From contig CAVXLD010000005.1 in NCBI GenBank assembly GCA_963762565.1, positions 548,338-612,337 of the forward strand: a DNA stretch of 64,000 nt. Reading direction: 5' to 3'. The stretch comes from an uncultured Verrucomicrobiae bacterium. Its GTDB lineage: Bacteria; Verrucomicrobiota; Verrucomicrobiia; Chthoniobacterales; JAFAMB01. Position numbers and translations under genes: made by a program. The notes beneath the pieces are model-generated. The model was not told the DNA's origin. It worked only from the letters and a program-made list of their open reading frames with translations, and ran no database searches. Of this stretch, positions 1 through 10,580 are shown piece after piece (within the stretch, counting starts at the first letter, position 1; each line of letters starts with the position of its first letter).

Positions 1-364
1 CCGCACCAAATTTCCTCAATCAACAGGAGAAAGCATCTTATCCGCTTTAGAAATAGTGGTTAAGACAGCAGACATAACCGAAGAGGACTATGGCGGGGTA
101 TCGTACATAAAAGGAAACATTGGAGCTAAGCACCAAACCAAAGCTTCGCTATTGCAGCGGATCTCTGAGTTAAAAAACCAAGTAAAACGAGAAAGATCGT
201 CTAACGGTAGTCTATGCGAGCTCTGCCTCAGAGGTGTCTCTACCTGCCTTGACCGAGAACAGGTACCCCAAATTGACGTACGAGAATTAGATGACGTTCT
301 TGACGCAATAATCAGGGACATAGTCCACGAGGGAGACCAAACGCTCTTAAACCAGCTGAGCTAA
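1..364 (+). CDS. hypothetical protein, 5'-truncated by window edge; paralog of 14355-14780
   Basis: DNA and protein closely match 14420-14780 (VVKTADITEEDYGGVxYIKGNIGA). Confidence 0.6.
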   Translation, partial: RTKFPQSTGESILSALEIVVKTADITEEDYGGVSYIKGNIGAKHQTKASLLQRISELKNQVKRERSSNGSLCELCLRGVSTCLDREQVPQIDVRELDDVLDAIIRDIVHEGDQTLLNQLS

Positions 365-628
365 AGCAAAACTTATATCGGATCTCTACGAAATCCCACC
401 AGTCGACAGCTAATAACTATCGACTTATACCGGTTTGCCCGATGCTGAACTCTGGAGACTGGTGTCTTCAAATCAAGGTGGTTTGTCTCGGCCTAGCGTT
501 TGCCAGCCTCGGTATTACTTTTATCGGCGAGACGTGACCCTAAGGATTGCTGCCGATCCACAGTTTGATAAGACAGAACGCGAAGCGCCATTCCAGCTCG
601 CTGCCTTGACTGCGAGGCCGATGCGCGT

Positions 629-2330
629 TCAGGCGTAAGTTCTGAGGACCTCGTGCACGCCCTCGACCGCCATGCCGCCTTCGCCCACTGCGGCGGCGCA
701 GCGTTTCACCGAGCCGGAGCGCACGTCGCCCGCGGCAAAGATGCCCGGCCGGCTCGTCTCCAGCGGCCCTGGCGAACGGCTCATCGCCTTTCCACGCGGG
801 CGCGTCGGCGACCGCGTGGCCGGTTTTGATGAAGCCCTTTTCATCGCGCTCGATCTCGGGCGGCAGCCAGGCGGTGCATGGCTTTGCGCCGATCATGGAA
901 AAGACGGCCGGCGTCTGCACGGTGCGCCGTTCGTGCGTCTGCGTGTTTTCCAGCTCGACAGCTTCGAGAACCTTCCCGCCCATCATTTTCCGGATCTCGG
1001 TGTGCGCTAGAATTTCGATGTTCTCCTTCGCCTCGACGCGGCGCGAGAGATAGCTCGACATGCTTTTGGCGAGACCTTCGCCGCGGATCACCAGCAGCAC
1101 TTTCTCCGCGCCTTCGGAAAGAAACATCGCGGCCTGCCCCGCCGAGTTGCCGCCGCCGGCGACGATCACCGTCGAGCCGCGGCAGAGCTTGCCCTTCCCG
1201 CGCCGTGGCAGCGTAGTAAACGCCGGAGCCTTCGAAGTTCTCGCGCCCCTCGGCCTCCAGACGATGGTAATCCGCGCCCGTGGCGATGATGACGCACTTC
1301 GCGCAGCAGGGTGGCGTTGCAGCCCTCGACTTGCAGGCTCGCGCGGTGCTCGCCCTCGGTGAATGCGAGCGAGAGCGCCTGCGCGGGCGTGGAAAACTTC
1401 GCGCCGAAACGATAGGCCTGAAGCTGCGCGCCGTAAGTCAGATCGCCGCCGCTGATGCCGGTGGGAAAGCCGAAAAAATTCTCGATCAGCGAGGAGGATC
1501 CGGCTTGTCCGCCCGGCGCGTAGCTTTCCAGAACCACGGTCTTCAGCCCTTCGGATGCGGCATAAACCGCGGCGGCAAGACCGGCCGGACCCGCGCCGAC
1601 GATGGCGAGGTCGCAGGTGATTTCGCTCTCCTCCTCGCTGCGCCAGCGGCCGGAGCAGCCCGGCGACCCGCGCGACTTCGCGCAGCGACGGGCGCCGCAG
1701 CGGCATGCCATTCGCCGTGATCAGCGCGGGCAAATCGCGACTCGCCAGGTGCAAGCGTTCGCATAAGGCGCGCCCGTCTTCGCTTTGAAAGTCGATCAAT
1801 CGGTGCGGGATGTGATTTTTGTCGAGAAAATCGTCGAGTTGCCGGCCGTCCCGCGAGCCATCCTGCGCGACGATGCGCAGCCCGGCAAACTCGCGGTCGC
1901 GCTTCAGCCGCTGCCGGCGCATGATGAACGCGCGCACGATCGGCTCGCTGACGCCCGGCAGTTCCGCGAGCGCCTGGCGAAGCCTGTCTGCGGGCACTTC
2001 CAGAATTTCGCTCTCATCCGCTTTGCCTCGCGCGCTGGCCAGCGCCGCGGTGCCCATGAGCATCGCCACGTCCCCGATGAAATCGCGCGGGCCTGCAGTC
2101 GCGAGGATTTGCTCTTGCCCGTCGCGCGACTCGAAGACTTCCAGCTCGCCGCGCAGGACCACCGTCAGCCCGAGATCGCGCTGGCCCGCTTTGTAGACCA
2201 GTTCGCCGCGCCGCACGATGCGGCGCGCGCCGAGCGGCTCCAGCATGGCGAGCTGCCGGTCATCGAGCTTCGGAAAGGCGATGCTCTCCGTATCGCGGTA
2301 GAATTGCTCGTCTTCGTCGAGTTCGGTCAT
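629..2330 (-). CDS. cNMP-binding domain / FAD-dependent thioredoxin-reductase-like oxidoreductase (several frameshifts)
   Basis: N-terminal cNMP-like domain; [24 protein letters not shown] and [15 protein letters not shown] motifs are spread over three minus-strand frames. Confidence 0.85.
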
Positions 2331-2545
2331 AAGCGGATTCGTTAGAGGGCAATGCTCAGGCTTCGCCCCGTCCTTTTGAGGCAAAGCATCTTGGCCAGTA
2401 GCGGAGCATAGCGCGTCGGGACGAGCAGCTACAAGGTCGAGTCTTCGTATCCCTTTCTTAAGTTTCTCCCCAGATTGCCGGTAGTAATTGTGACAAGTCG
2501 GCGGTAGGTGACCTCGAGCTCACGATGGAGTTGAACCATGACCCC

Positions 2546-3532
2546 TCAACGTGAAGAACCGACAAAGCCTCGGACCAATGCGGCGATCTCATCTGCAGCC
2601 GTGTCCAATGCGAAATGACCGGCGTCGAGAACGTGAACTTGGGCGTTCGGCACATCGCGGCGATAGGCTTCCGGCTCCGAGAGGTCGAACGAGAGGTCAT
2701 ATTTGCCCCAGATCACCAGCAGGCGCGGCTGCTTCTCGCGCATCCAGGCCTGCCACTTCGGGTAGGCGTCGACGTTCGTGCGGTAGTCGTAGAAGAGGTC
2801 GCTTTGAATGTCGGCCTGGCCGGGCTGGTTGAGAAAGGCAAATTCATCGGTCCAGAGATCCGGGTCATAGCGTTCCACGTTGGGATCGTTCCCGACATGG
2901 CGCGTCCGCGTCGTCGCCAGCGACAGGAGATTTGTGCGAAGCGCGCTTTCGTTGGCAGCGCGATCGGCCCAAAAGGCCCGCCGCGTCTTCCAATTCGCCC
3001 CCAGGCCTTCGTTGTGCGCCACGGCGTCCTGGACGATGAGAGCCTCGATCCGGTCCGGATGGGCCAAGGCCATGCGAAAACCCACGGGGCCGCCGTAATC
3101 CTGCATGTAAAGCGTGTAGCGCGAGAGCCCGAGCGCTTCGGTGAAGTGATTCATGATCTCGGCGTAGTGATCGAACGTATACGCGAATTTTTTCGGGTCC
3201 GGCCAGTCGCTGTGTCCGAAGCCCGGGTAATCGGGCGCGACAAGGTGATAGCGATCGGAAAGCCGAGCGAAGAGAGGCTCGAACATCCGCGATGAAGAGG
3301 GAAGTCCGTGCAGCAGGAGAAGCGTCGGCGCGTCTTTCGGGCCGGCCTCTCTGTAAAAGATGGAGAGCCCATCGATCTGTGTCGTGCGATAAAAAGTCGG
3401 GTGTTCCATGGGACGTTCTTTTCCTTGGGCTTGGGCCAGCAATTGAAATGATGCGAGCATCACTGAAAACAGTGACGCCAGGCGGGATACCTGCATGCCT
3501 CGGATCCAACCGGGCGAGCTGAAAAAGGGCAT
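2546..3532 (-). CDS. alpha/beta fold hydrolase (epoxide hydrolase / dehalogenase-like)
   Basis: LLLHGLPSSS, APDYPGFGHS, QDYGGP nucleophile elbow, C-terminal GHF; start uncertain. Confidence 0.85.
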   Translation of the reverse strand: MPFFSSPGWIRGMQVSRLASLFSVMLASFQLLAQAQGKERPMEHPTFYRTTQIDGLSIFYREAGPKDAPTLLLLHGLPSSSRMFEPLFARLSDRYHLVAPDYPGFGHSDWPDPKKFAYTFDHYAEIMNHFTEALGLSRYTLYMQDYGGPVGFRMALAHPDRIEALIVQDAVAHNEGLGANWKTRRAFWADRAANESALRTNLLSLATTRTRHVGNDPNVERYDPDLWTDEFAFLNQPGQADIQSDLFYDYRTNVDAYPKWQAWMREKQPRLLVIWGKYDLSFDLSEPEAYRRDVPNAQVHVLDAGHFALDTAADEIAALVRGFVGSSR

Positions 3533-3721
3533 TGTTTGACTCCGCTTATGCAGGATTGCGGACCAGCGCTCGGTTGGTCGGTGAAGCGCAGGTTTGTCCT
3601 CGGAACCGCAGGTGTTCCCGAGTCCGACCCCTGCACCCGGCTCTTGCGATGCCTCTGTTGCGTTCATTGATTTGCTATCGTTGTACAGGGGTCGCTCCGA
3701 GTTTCTTGGCGAGAGAAACCG

Positions 3722-4408
3722 CTAAGCGGCCTTCTGCGCGAATAGCTGCAGAAGCGCTTGGGCGGCGGCAGTCGATGATGCGGGATTTTGCCCGGTAATC
3801 GAGACGACCATCGACGACGGCAAAGCTCTGCCAATCTGCTGCTTTTTCGTAGAGGCCGCCCAGTCTCTTCAGCTCATCCTCGACCAGGAACGGCACAACC
3901 TTGGTGAGATTCACTGCTTCCTCTTCACCATTGGTGAAACCCGTCACACGCTTACCCTTCACAATCGGCGCGCCCTGGTAGGTCACCCGATGGAAGCACG
4001 CCGGTGAATGGCAGACGGCAGCGACCGGCTTGCCGGAATTGTAGAAAGACTCGATCAAGGCGATTGAATCGGGATTATCGACAAGGTCCCACATGGGGCC
4101 GTGCCCGCCCACGTAGAATACCGTGTCGAAATCTTCCGCCTTCATATCGGCAAGCTTAACCGTCTGGGAAAGCGCCTTTTGCGCTGCTGGTCCTGCTTGA
4201 ACCGCGACATCGCGGGGGTCTGATTTTCCGGCAGGTCGCTCTTTGGATCGATCGGCGGCTGCCCGCCTTTCGGTGAGGCGAGCGTGAGGTCGACGCCTGC
4301 GTCCCTGAACACAAAGTAAGGGGCGGCGAATTCTTCCAGCCAGAAGCCCGTCTTGCGGCCAGTGTTGCCCAGTTGATCGTGGGATGTCAGTACCATTAGT
4401 ATTCTCAT
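3722..4408 (-). CDS. DJ-1/PfpI family type 1 glutamine amidotransferase-like protein (frameshifted)
   Basis: MRILMVLTSH..TGFWLEE, GGHGPMWDL, AVCH and ITGQNPASS across frames. Confidence 0.85.
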
Positions 4409-4448
4409 GCTTCTCCTTTGCTTTTTTATCGGACGTTCCGGCACCGGC

Positions 4449-4865
4449 TTAGACCAGGTTTATCTCAACGGGGATGTTGCCCTGTGTAGCTTTCGAATAG
4501 GGACAGGTCTGATGCGCTGCGTGCACCAGAGCCTCAGCCACTTCGTGGTCCACGCCGGGGAAGCTGACGTTGAGACGAGCTTGCAGGGAGTAACCGTCGT
4601 CAGACGTACATAGATCGACTTCAGCGTCGATCGCCACGTCGGCGGGCCTCACCTTCATTTTGGCGGCCTCAATTTTGATGGCGCTGAGGAAACATGCCGA
4701 CCAACCCACGGCTAACAGCTGCTCAGGGTTGGTGCCCGTGCCCGGACCACCAGGTAATGATAGCCTAACGTCCAGCCGCCCGTCACTGGTGCGAGAGGCA
4801 CCGCCGTCGCGACCGCCGGTAGTATGGGTTTTGGCTGTGTAGATTACTTTTTTAATTTCAGTCAT
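4449..4865 (-). CDS. ohr: Ohr family organic hydroperoxide resistance protein
   Basis: TGGRDG, GTNPEQL..GWSACF and CPYSKA two-Cys motifs. Confidence 0.9.
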   Translation of the reverse strand: MTEIKKVIYTAKTHTTGGRDGGASRTSDGRLDVRLSLPGGPGTGTNPEQLLAVGWSACFLSAIKIEAAKMKVRPADVAIDAEVDLCTSDDGYSLQARLNVSFPGVDHEVAEALVHAAHQTCPYSKATQGNIPVEINLV

Positions 4866-4912
4866 AATAAGGTTCTTTTTTGATTCGAAACACGATCAAT
4901 CAGACACCTCAG

Positions 4913-5755
4913 CTAGCTAACTGACCCACATGGTATCCGAGGCGATTTTCGACATCCCCCGGCTTGTGGAAGCCGCGCGCCATCAGCGCTTTGATTCCAT
5001 CCTGGGCGGCGGGTCGCCCGAGCGAAGCGATGCACGCATCCCACCCGGCGCCGAGTTCGACGTCCGGCGGCAGGCTGGTGTTGACGAGGCGCTTGGTATT
5101 GGCGATCGCCCATTTGTCGAACGCTGGCGATCCGGGTCGCGAGCGCCTCGACGAACGCGTCCAGCTCGGCGTCCGGCAGGGCGCGATTAACGTAGCCGTA
5201 GGCCTCGGCCTGGTCTCCCCGGATATCTTCCGAGCTCAAGAGCACCTCAAGGGCGCGGTTTCGGCCGATGAGTTGGGGCAGCCGGGCCATGGGGCCGCCG
5301 CCGGCGACCATCCCCACGCCCACCTCCCATTGCGAGATGATGGCCTTTTCGCGGCTGGCGAAACTCATGTCGCAGGCGAGCGTGATCTCACTGCCGTTGC
5401 CCGTCGCCCGGCCGCGGATGAGGGCGATGGAGACAACCGGCAAGCGGGTCAGACGCACGAGAAAGTCCGGCCAGGGCGGCAAGCCTGTCGGACCAGCCGG
5501 CATTGAGGTCAGGTCCTCCAGCTTGGCCAGGAAATCGGAGTGATTCAGGAAGTAGTCGTCGACCGCGCTGTCGAAGACCACGACCCTGACATGCTCGTCG
5601 GCCTCCAGAGCGTTGATGACTTCCTGGAACTGCCGGACCATTTCCGGTCCCATCACGTTGATCGGCGGGTTGTCGATCGTGACACGCCAATAGGCGGGCG
5701 ACCGCCGGGTCAGGCGAAGCTGTGCGGTTTTCGTAGATGCGTTCATTGTTGTCAT
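4913..5755 (-). CDS. enoyl-CoA hydratase/isomerase family protein (C-terminal frameshift)
   Basis: crotonase motifs GRATGNGSE..ACDMSFA, QWEVGVGMVAGGG; paralog of 7931-8779. Confidence 0.85.
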   Translation of the reverse strand: MTTMNASTKTAQLRLTRRSPAYWRVTIDNPPINVMGPEMVRQFQEVINALEADEHVRVVVFDSAVDDYFLNHSDFLAKLEDLTSMPAGPTGLPPWPDFLVRLTRLPVVSIALIRGRATGNGSEITLACDMSFASREKAIISQWEVGVGMVAGGGPMARLPQLIGRNRALEVLLSSEDIRGDQAEAYGYVNRALPDAELDAFVEALATRIASVRQMGDRQYQAPRQHQPAAGRRTRRRVGCVHRFARATRRPGWNQSADGARLPQAGGCRKSPRIPCGSVS

Positions 5756-5826
5756 TGGATTCTCCTTTGTATGTGTGAGTGTTCAGAAACGGGTTGATTG
5801 TCCTTAACGTTTTCTTGAAGTCTGGA

Positions 5827-6342
5827 TTATTTGTTCGTCGCCTGGAGTTGGTTAATTACTGCCGCGCCGGCCTTGCTGACGATCTCGTCCTGGGAATCCG
5901 TGCCTCCCGAACAGCCGATTGCGCCGATAATCGCTCCCTGCTCGATCAGTGGAATGCCACCGCGAGACGCGATAACTCCATCGAACGCGAGCAGATAGTT
6001 GAGATGCATCAGATTGATGCCGTCCTCGAAGATCTTGGTTGGGCGCCGGAAGGTCGCGGCTGCTCGCGCCTTGTGTTCCGCAATCTGAATTGAGGCAAGC
6101 ATCGCGCCATCCATTCGTTGGAAGGCAACCAAGTTGCCCCCGGAATCGGCCACTGCTACGTTCATCTTCCAATTCCGCCGCTTCGCCTCTGCCACGGCGG
6201 CGTGAATAACTGCTTGAGCTCGGGCTAGTGATATCGGGAGCCCATAGGGCACATCGAATGGCATTTCGTCCGGGACGGCATCAAGAGGATTCGACGCCGC
6301 GGGCCTTGATTCATTGGCGAGTTCTGTTTTATCGCTTGGCAT
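5827..6342 (-). CDS. GlcG/HbpS family heme-binding protein
   Basis: VAVADSGGNLVAFQRMDGA, KARAA, GGIPL..GAIGCSGG. Confidence 0.85.
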   Translation of the reverse strand: MPSDKTELANESRPAASNPLDAVPDEMPFDVPYGLPISLARAQAVIHAAVAEAKRRNWKMNVAVADSGGNLVAFQRMDGAMLASIQIAEHKARAAATFRRPTKIFEDGINLMHLNYLLAFDGVIASRGGIPLIEQGAIIGAIGCSGGTDSQDEIVSKAGAAVINQLQATNK

Positions 6343-6523
6343 ATTATTTTCCTTCGAGGGGTCGGGAAGTTGTCTTGAAAATGACGCGCACTGGCGGCAA
6401 TGCCTGGCCCAGCGCGGGATTTGATCGTAATGTTTTCGAATTGAGAATGGGGCCCTGGAACAGTTTTTGCAGCAGTGAGGTTAGTTAGGTGCCGATCTTA
6501 GAGTTGCACTGGCAACGTCATAG

Positions 6524-6670
6524 AACAGGTTGCATGCCAATCCGTAATTGTTGCTACTTTCTTCCTCGGCGAAGCGGGAATTGGGCAGAGAATACGATTA
6601 AGCAAATCTCAGTACGAAGTTTCGGTCAGTTATGCTTTCCGTTTGATAGAGTCCGAAATGCTGAACTAGC
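6524..6670 (-). promoter_or_regulatory. conserved promoter block copy 1 (sigma54-like TTGGCATGCAACCTGT plus upstream CGAA..TCG sites)
   Basis: homologous to 8808-8950; both lie upstream of minus-strand operons. Confidence 0.55.
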
Positions 6671-6804
6671 CGGGGCATGTTGTGAAATGGGTACATGGAG
6701 GCGGAAACGCCGATGGCCGCTTAGTCTAGCGGACAATGAAAAATCGGTGCTGATTTCACACTCTTCGCAAACGGTTTCAGTGACATTTTCCTGCGAGCTT
6801 ACTC

Positions 6805-7827
6805 TCAGTTCTCCATCATAAGAACAGCGCGAAAGCGCACCTTGCCGCTGTTCATGCGTTCGTAAGCGTCGGCCACGCGGCTAAATGGAAATTTCTCGAT
6901 CATGGGATGTACATCGCTCAGTGCACTGAATTCCAATGTGTCCTGAGAGTCCCTGGCGGTGCCGGAATACCAGCCCAAGATTTGCCGGCGGCCCATTATC
7001 AACGGAAACACGCTAACGGTGAGCGGATCGTTGGGCGCGGCCGGAATTAGGAGATTGCCGTTTATACCCAGTCCGCCGACTACGTCAGAGATTGCCTTCG
7101 CGCTTGGCGCCGTTGCCAAAATCACGCGCGCACCGCCAAGCTTCTGCAGTTCACCCACCGTATCGACGGCAGACGAATCGACGTAGTGATGTGCGCCGAG
7201 TTTTTTTGCGAGCGGTTCTATGTCTTTGCCGCGTCCGAGAGCAATGGTTTTAAATCCCATTTTGCGGGCGTACTGCACACCGAGATGCCCGAGACCGCCA
7301 ATTCCCTGCACCGCGACGACGTCACCAGGACGTGCGCCGGAGTTACGAAGGGCGTTGAAGACCGTCACGCCCGCGCACATGAATGGTCCGGCTTCTTCCG
7401 CCGGTAATTGGTCGGGAATCGCTGCGAGTGTTTCCGCGGGTACGACGACGTATTCGGCGTAACCCCCGTCGTAGTCGATACCTGTCACCTTTCGATTAAC
7501 GCACATTGCGAAATCCCCATGTCGACACTCATCGCATACGAAATCATGGCCACCGTGCCAGCCGACGCCCACCCGATCGCCTATTTTCCAGGTCGTGACC
7601 CCCTCTCCCAGAGCGTTAAGATGGCCAGCGATTTCGTGGCCCGGGACGCGTGGATATTGCAGGGCCGGCCACAGGCCTTCTTTTACAAAGATATCGCTAT
7701 GGCAGACTCCACAAGCCTCGACCTTTAGGCGAACCTGGCCCGGGCCCGGTTCGGGAATATCGCGTTCAACCAACTCGAAATTCCCACCCGGCTTGCTAAT
7801 CTGAGCGACTTTCATTTTCGTATTCAT
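6805..7827 (-). CDS. zinc-dependent alcohol dehydrogenase
   Basis: CGVCHSD, GHE, structural Zn Cys cluster, GIGGLG Rossmann motif. Confidence 0.92.
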   Translation of the reverse strand: MNTKMKVAQISKPGGNFELVERDIPEPGPGQVRLKVEACGVCHSDIFVKEGLWPALQYPRVPGHEIAGHLNALGEGVTTWKIGDRVGVGWHGGHDFVCDECRHGDFAMCVNRKVTGIDYDGGYAEYVVVPAETLAAIPDQLPAEEAGPFMCAGVTVFNALRNSGARPGDVVAVQGIGGLGHLGVQYARKMGFKTIALGRGKDIEPLAKKLGAHHYVDSSAVDTVGELQKLGGARVILATAPSAKAISDVVGGLGINGNLLIPAAPNDPLTVSVFPLIMGRRQILGWYSGTARDSQDTLEFSALSDVHPMIEKFPFSRVADAYERMNSGKVRFRAVLMMEN

Positions 7828-7930
7828 GACGAGTTTAGTGACTAACCTTTCTTGTCTAACTTTTGAGAAAAAGAGATCGATCCAATTACTTCATATGTTA
7901 AGTTGACTGCAGCCGTAGGAGCTCTGATTA

Positions 7931-8779
7931 CTAGTCTGATGCCGCACCTATCTGGCCCACATAATATCCCAGGCGAGTTTCGACATCGCCGGGCTGGTGG
8001 AAGCCGCGCTGCATTAATGCCTTGAATCTCGTTTGATGAGCAGGGCGGTTAATCGAAGCCGCAAAAGCGGCCCATTCAGGCACGATCTCGGCGTCGCTTG
8101 GCAGGCTAGCGATATTGACTAGACGCTTTGTTTCCGCGATGGCCCATTTGTCGAAGGAAGCAATCCGGATAGAAAGCGCCTCGACAAAGGAGTCTAGCTC
8201 TGCGTCCGGGAAAGCCCGATTAACATAGCCATAGCGTTCGGCGAGGTCGCCTGAAATATCGTCTGCTCCAAGCAGTACTTCTAACGCACGTCCTCTGCCT
8301 ATGAGCCGGGGTAGTCGTGCCATGGGGCCGCCGCCTGGAACTAAACCGGCACCGACCTCCCATTGTGATAAGATTGCCTTTTCCCGGCTCGCAAACCGCA
8401 TATCGCTAGCGAGCGCGAGCTCGCTTCCGACCCCGGTAGCGCGCCCGCGAATCGAGGCGATGGATACAACCGGAGCGCGGCTCAGCCGTGCCAGCATGTC
8501 GGGAAGCGGCTGCAGACCTGTCTCGCCAGAAGACAAAGATGTCTGGTCTTCCGGCTTTGCCAGGAAATCCCAGTGCGTTAGAAAGAAGCCTTCAACCGCG
8601 CTGTCAAAAACCACAACCTTTACCCGCTCATCAGTTTCGACTTTGGATATAACTTCATTAAGTTGGGAGAGGTTCTTCGGGCCGAAGATGTTTAGAGGCG
8701 GCAGGTTAAAAGTAACTCGCCAATAAGCTGGCGAGCGTTGTTCAAGACGGATCTGCTTGGTAGTAGTTATGTCGCTCAT
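7931..8779 (-). CDS. enoyl-CoA hydratase/isomerase family protein
   Basis: crotonase motifs GRATGVGSELALASDMRFA, QWEVGAGLVPGGG. Confidence 0.88.
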   Translation of the reverse strand: MSDITTTKQIRLEQRSPAYWRVTFNLPPLNIFGPKNLSQLNEVISKVETDERVKVVVFDSAVEGFFLTHWDFLAKPEDQTSLSSGETGLQPLPDMLARLSRAPVVSIASIRGRATGVGSELALASDMRFASREKAILSQWEVGAGLVPGGGPMARLPRLIGRGRALEVLLGADDISGDLAERYGYVNRAFPDAELDSFVEALSIRIASFDKWAIAETKRLVNIASLPSDAEIVPEWAAFAASINRPAHQTRFKALMQRGFHQPGDVETRLGYYVGQIGAASD

Positions 8780-8807
8780 GTTTGTCTCAGTGCTTGGACC
8801 CTCCTTT

Positions 8808-8950
8808 AACAGGTTGCATGCCAACCTCTGCTTGTTGCTACTTCGCCCGGCGATCAGGCAGTTATGCAGAGAATACTCGTTAGCAAATCTTGGTACGAAG
8901 TTTCGGAACCTCGGATTTTAGGTTGACCAAATCCGAAATGTCGAACTAAC
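8808..8950 (-). promoter_or_regulatory. conserved promoter block copy 2
   Basis: shares AACAGGTTGCATGCCAA, TTGTTGCTACTT, GCAGAGAATAC, GTACGAAGTTTCGG and TCCGAAATG with 6524-6670. Confidence 0.55.
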
Positions 8951-9059
8951 CAAGCAGAACCTGTCTGCCATAGTTTAGCCGCGACGAAGGCTGGGTTTCA
9001 AGATAGTCCAACAAACTGTTGAAAAAGGCGTGAGTTTCTGACTGGGTGGGTCAGGCGTA

Positions 9060-10478
9060 TTAGATGAGAGTGAAACAGAATGTAGTTCCCGGGCCATTGT
9101 TGGGCTGAGCGATGAGCTGTCCTCCATGGTTGTTGATGATCGAGCGGCTGATCGAAAGGCCCATACCCATGCCATTGGTTTTCGTCGTGTAAAACGGCTG
9201 AAAGATCGATTCCAGCTTCTCTTGCTCAATGCCAACTCCGTTATCTTTTACTTCTACTCGGAGACCCCCAGATTCGGGACGGGTCAGGATGATTAGCTCT
9301 CTTGGTCGATCGAGGACGTCGGCCAACGCATCGGCTGCGTTTAAGATAAGGTTGAGGAGAACCTGCTGGAGCTGAACAGAATCGCCTTGAACGATGGGAA
9401 GTCGCTCGGATAAGTCCATTGTGAGCAAGACATGATTCCTATCGAGCTCGTGCCGTACTAACGACACAATTCCTTCCACGACTTCATTTATCTTAAGGGA
9501 TGTCTTTTCCCCCCCGCTTGCCTTGAAGAAATTGCGCAGTCGCAAAATCACGTCACGAGCTCGTTGACCGTCCCTGATCATTCGTTCGATGGACTGACGT
9601 ACCTCCTCAAGATTTTGGGAACAAGATTCGCCGCCAGCCAGCCATCGGAGACAGGCATTTCCATTCGTCAAGACGCCGGAAAGCGGTTGGTTTACCTCGT
9701 GCGCGATCGTCGCCGCCAGCCCACCCATAGTTGTGATTCTGCTAATTCGCGCGAGGTCGTGCTGGGCTTTCCGAAGAGATTCTTCAGTCTGTTTCCGCTG
9801 GCTCATCTCCGAAAGAACGCGATTGTTGGCTTCGATTTGTTGCGCCACTGCCACCTGGAGTGAGGCCGTTCGCTCGTCAACCAAGCGTTCTAGCTCCTCT
9901 CGGCGTTTCGCTTCCGTATAGATAATCTCCAGATGCAATTCGACGATGTCCCGGAACTGGGTGATTAAGCGTTTGTACTTCTCAGAATATGAATTCGTTT
10001 TGCAATCGAAAACGCACATAGTCCCGAAAGGCCTCCCGTCAGGCCAACGAATGAGATATCCCAGATAGGATATCAGATTCAGGCTGACCTGCGGATTGTT
10101 TCTCCACGCCTCATCAAAGAGCGCGTTGGGAACCAACAGCTCGTGATTCTTGGTAACAACCGTTTCGCAATAGAGGCCAGAGTTCCAAAATTGCTGGCAG
10201 TCTCCACGATGGTAAGGATTTCCCTCCGTGCCGCTCGAGACAAAAACGTGTATCTCCTCACCCACGATCCGCGTGATCAGAGCTGCGGGCACATCGAGCA
10301 TCTCCGCCATCAGATTCACAATATTTTGCCACTTTTCCAAAATTGTGTCTGGAATCGGTGGTTCCGGATGATGGCCTTGCGAAAGCAAAACGTCGTTCCG
10401 GCTTTCCTGACTTGACAATTCGTCGCCAATTACAAAGACGAGAGGATTTTTCTCATTCGGTAGATTGCTGGCATTCAC
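9060..10478 (-). CDS. GAF-domain sensor histidine kinase
   Basis: GAF region, H-box IAHEVNQPL, N-box QQVLLNLILNA, G-boxes DNGVG / GMGMGL. Confidence 0.9.
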   Translation of the reverse strand: MNASNLPNEKNPLVFVIGDELSSQESRNDVLLSQGHHPEPPIPDTILEKWQNIVNLMAEMLDVPAALITRIVGEEIHVFVSSGTEGNPYHRGDCQQFWNSGLYCETVVTKNHELLVPNALFDEAWRNNPQVSLNLISYLGYLIRWPDGRPFGTMCVFDCKTNSYSEKYKRLITQFRDIVELHLEIIYTEAKRREELERLVDERTASLQVAVAQQIEANNRVLSEMSQRKQTEESLRKAQHDLARISRITTMGGLAATIAHEVNQPLSGVLTNGNACLRWLAGGESCSQNLEEVRQSIERMIRDGQRARDVILRLRNFFKASGGEKTSLKINEVVEGIVSLVRHELDRNHVLLTMDLSERLPIVQGDSVQLQQVLLNLILNAADALADVLDRPRELIILTRPESGGLRVEVKDNGVGIEQEKLESIFQPFYTTKTNGMGMGLSISRSIINNHGGQLIAQPNNGPGTTFCFTLI

Positions 10479-10530
10479 GGTTACTCCTTTGCCTTACAAA
10501 TCAGACGCCAGGAGTGATCGGAGTTCTATT

Positions 10531-10542
10531 GGACCTTGGTCC
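10531..10542. promoter_or_regulatory. palindromic operator GGAC-N4-GTCC
   Basis: GGACCTTGGTCC upstream of the GAF kinase; same palindrome as the 12352-12391 repeat. Confidence 0.45.
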
Positions 10543-10580
10543 AAGAACGCTACGACGTAGGGCTCAACATCGCCTAGCTC

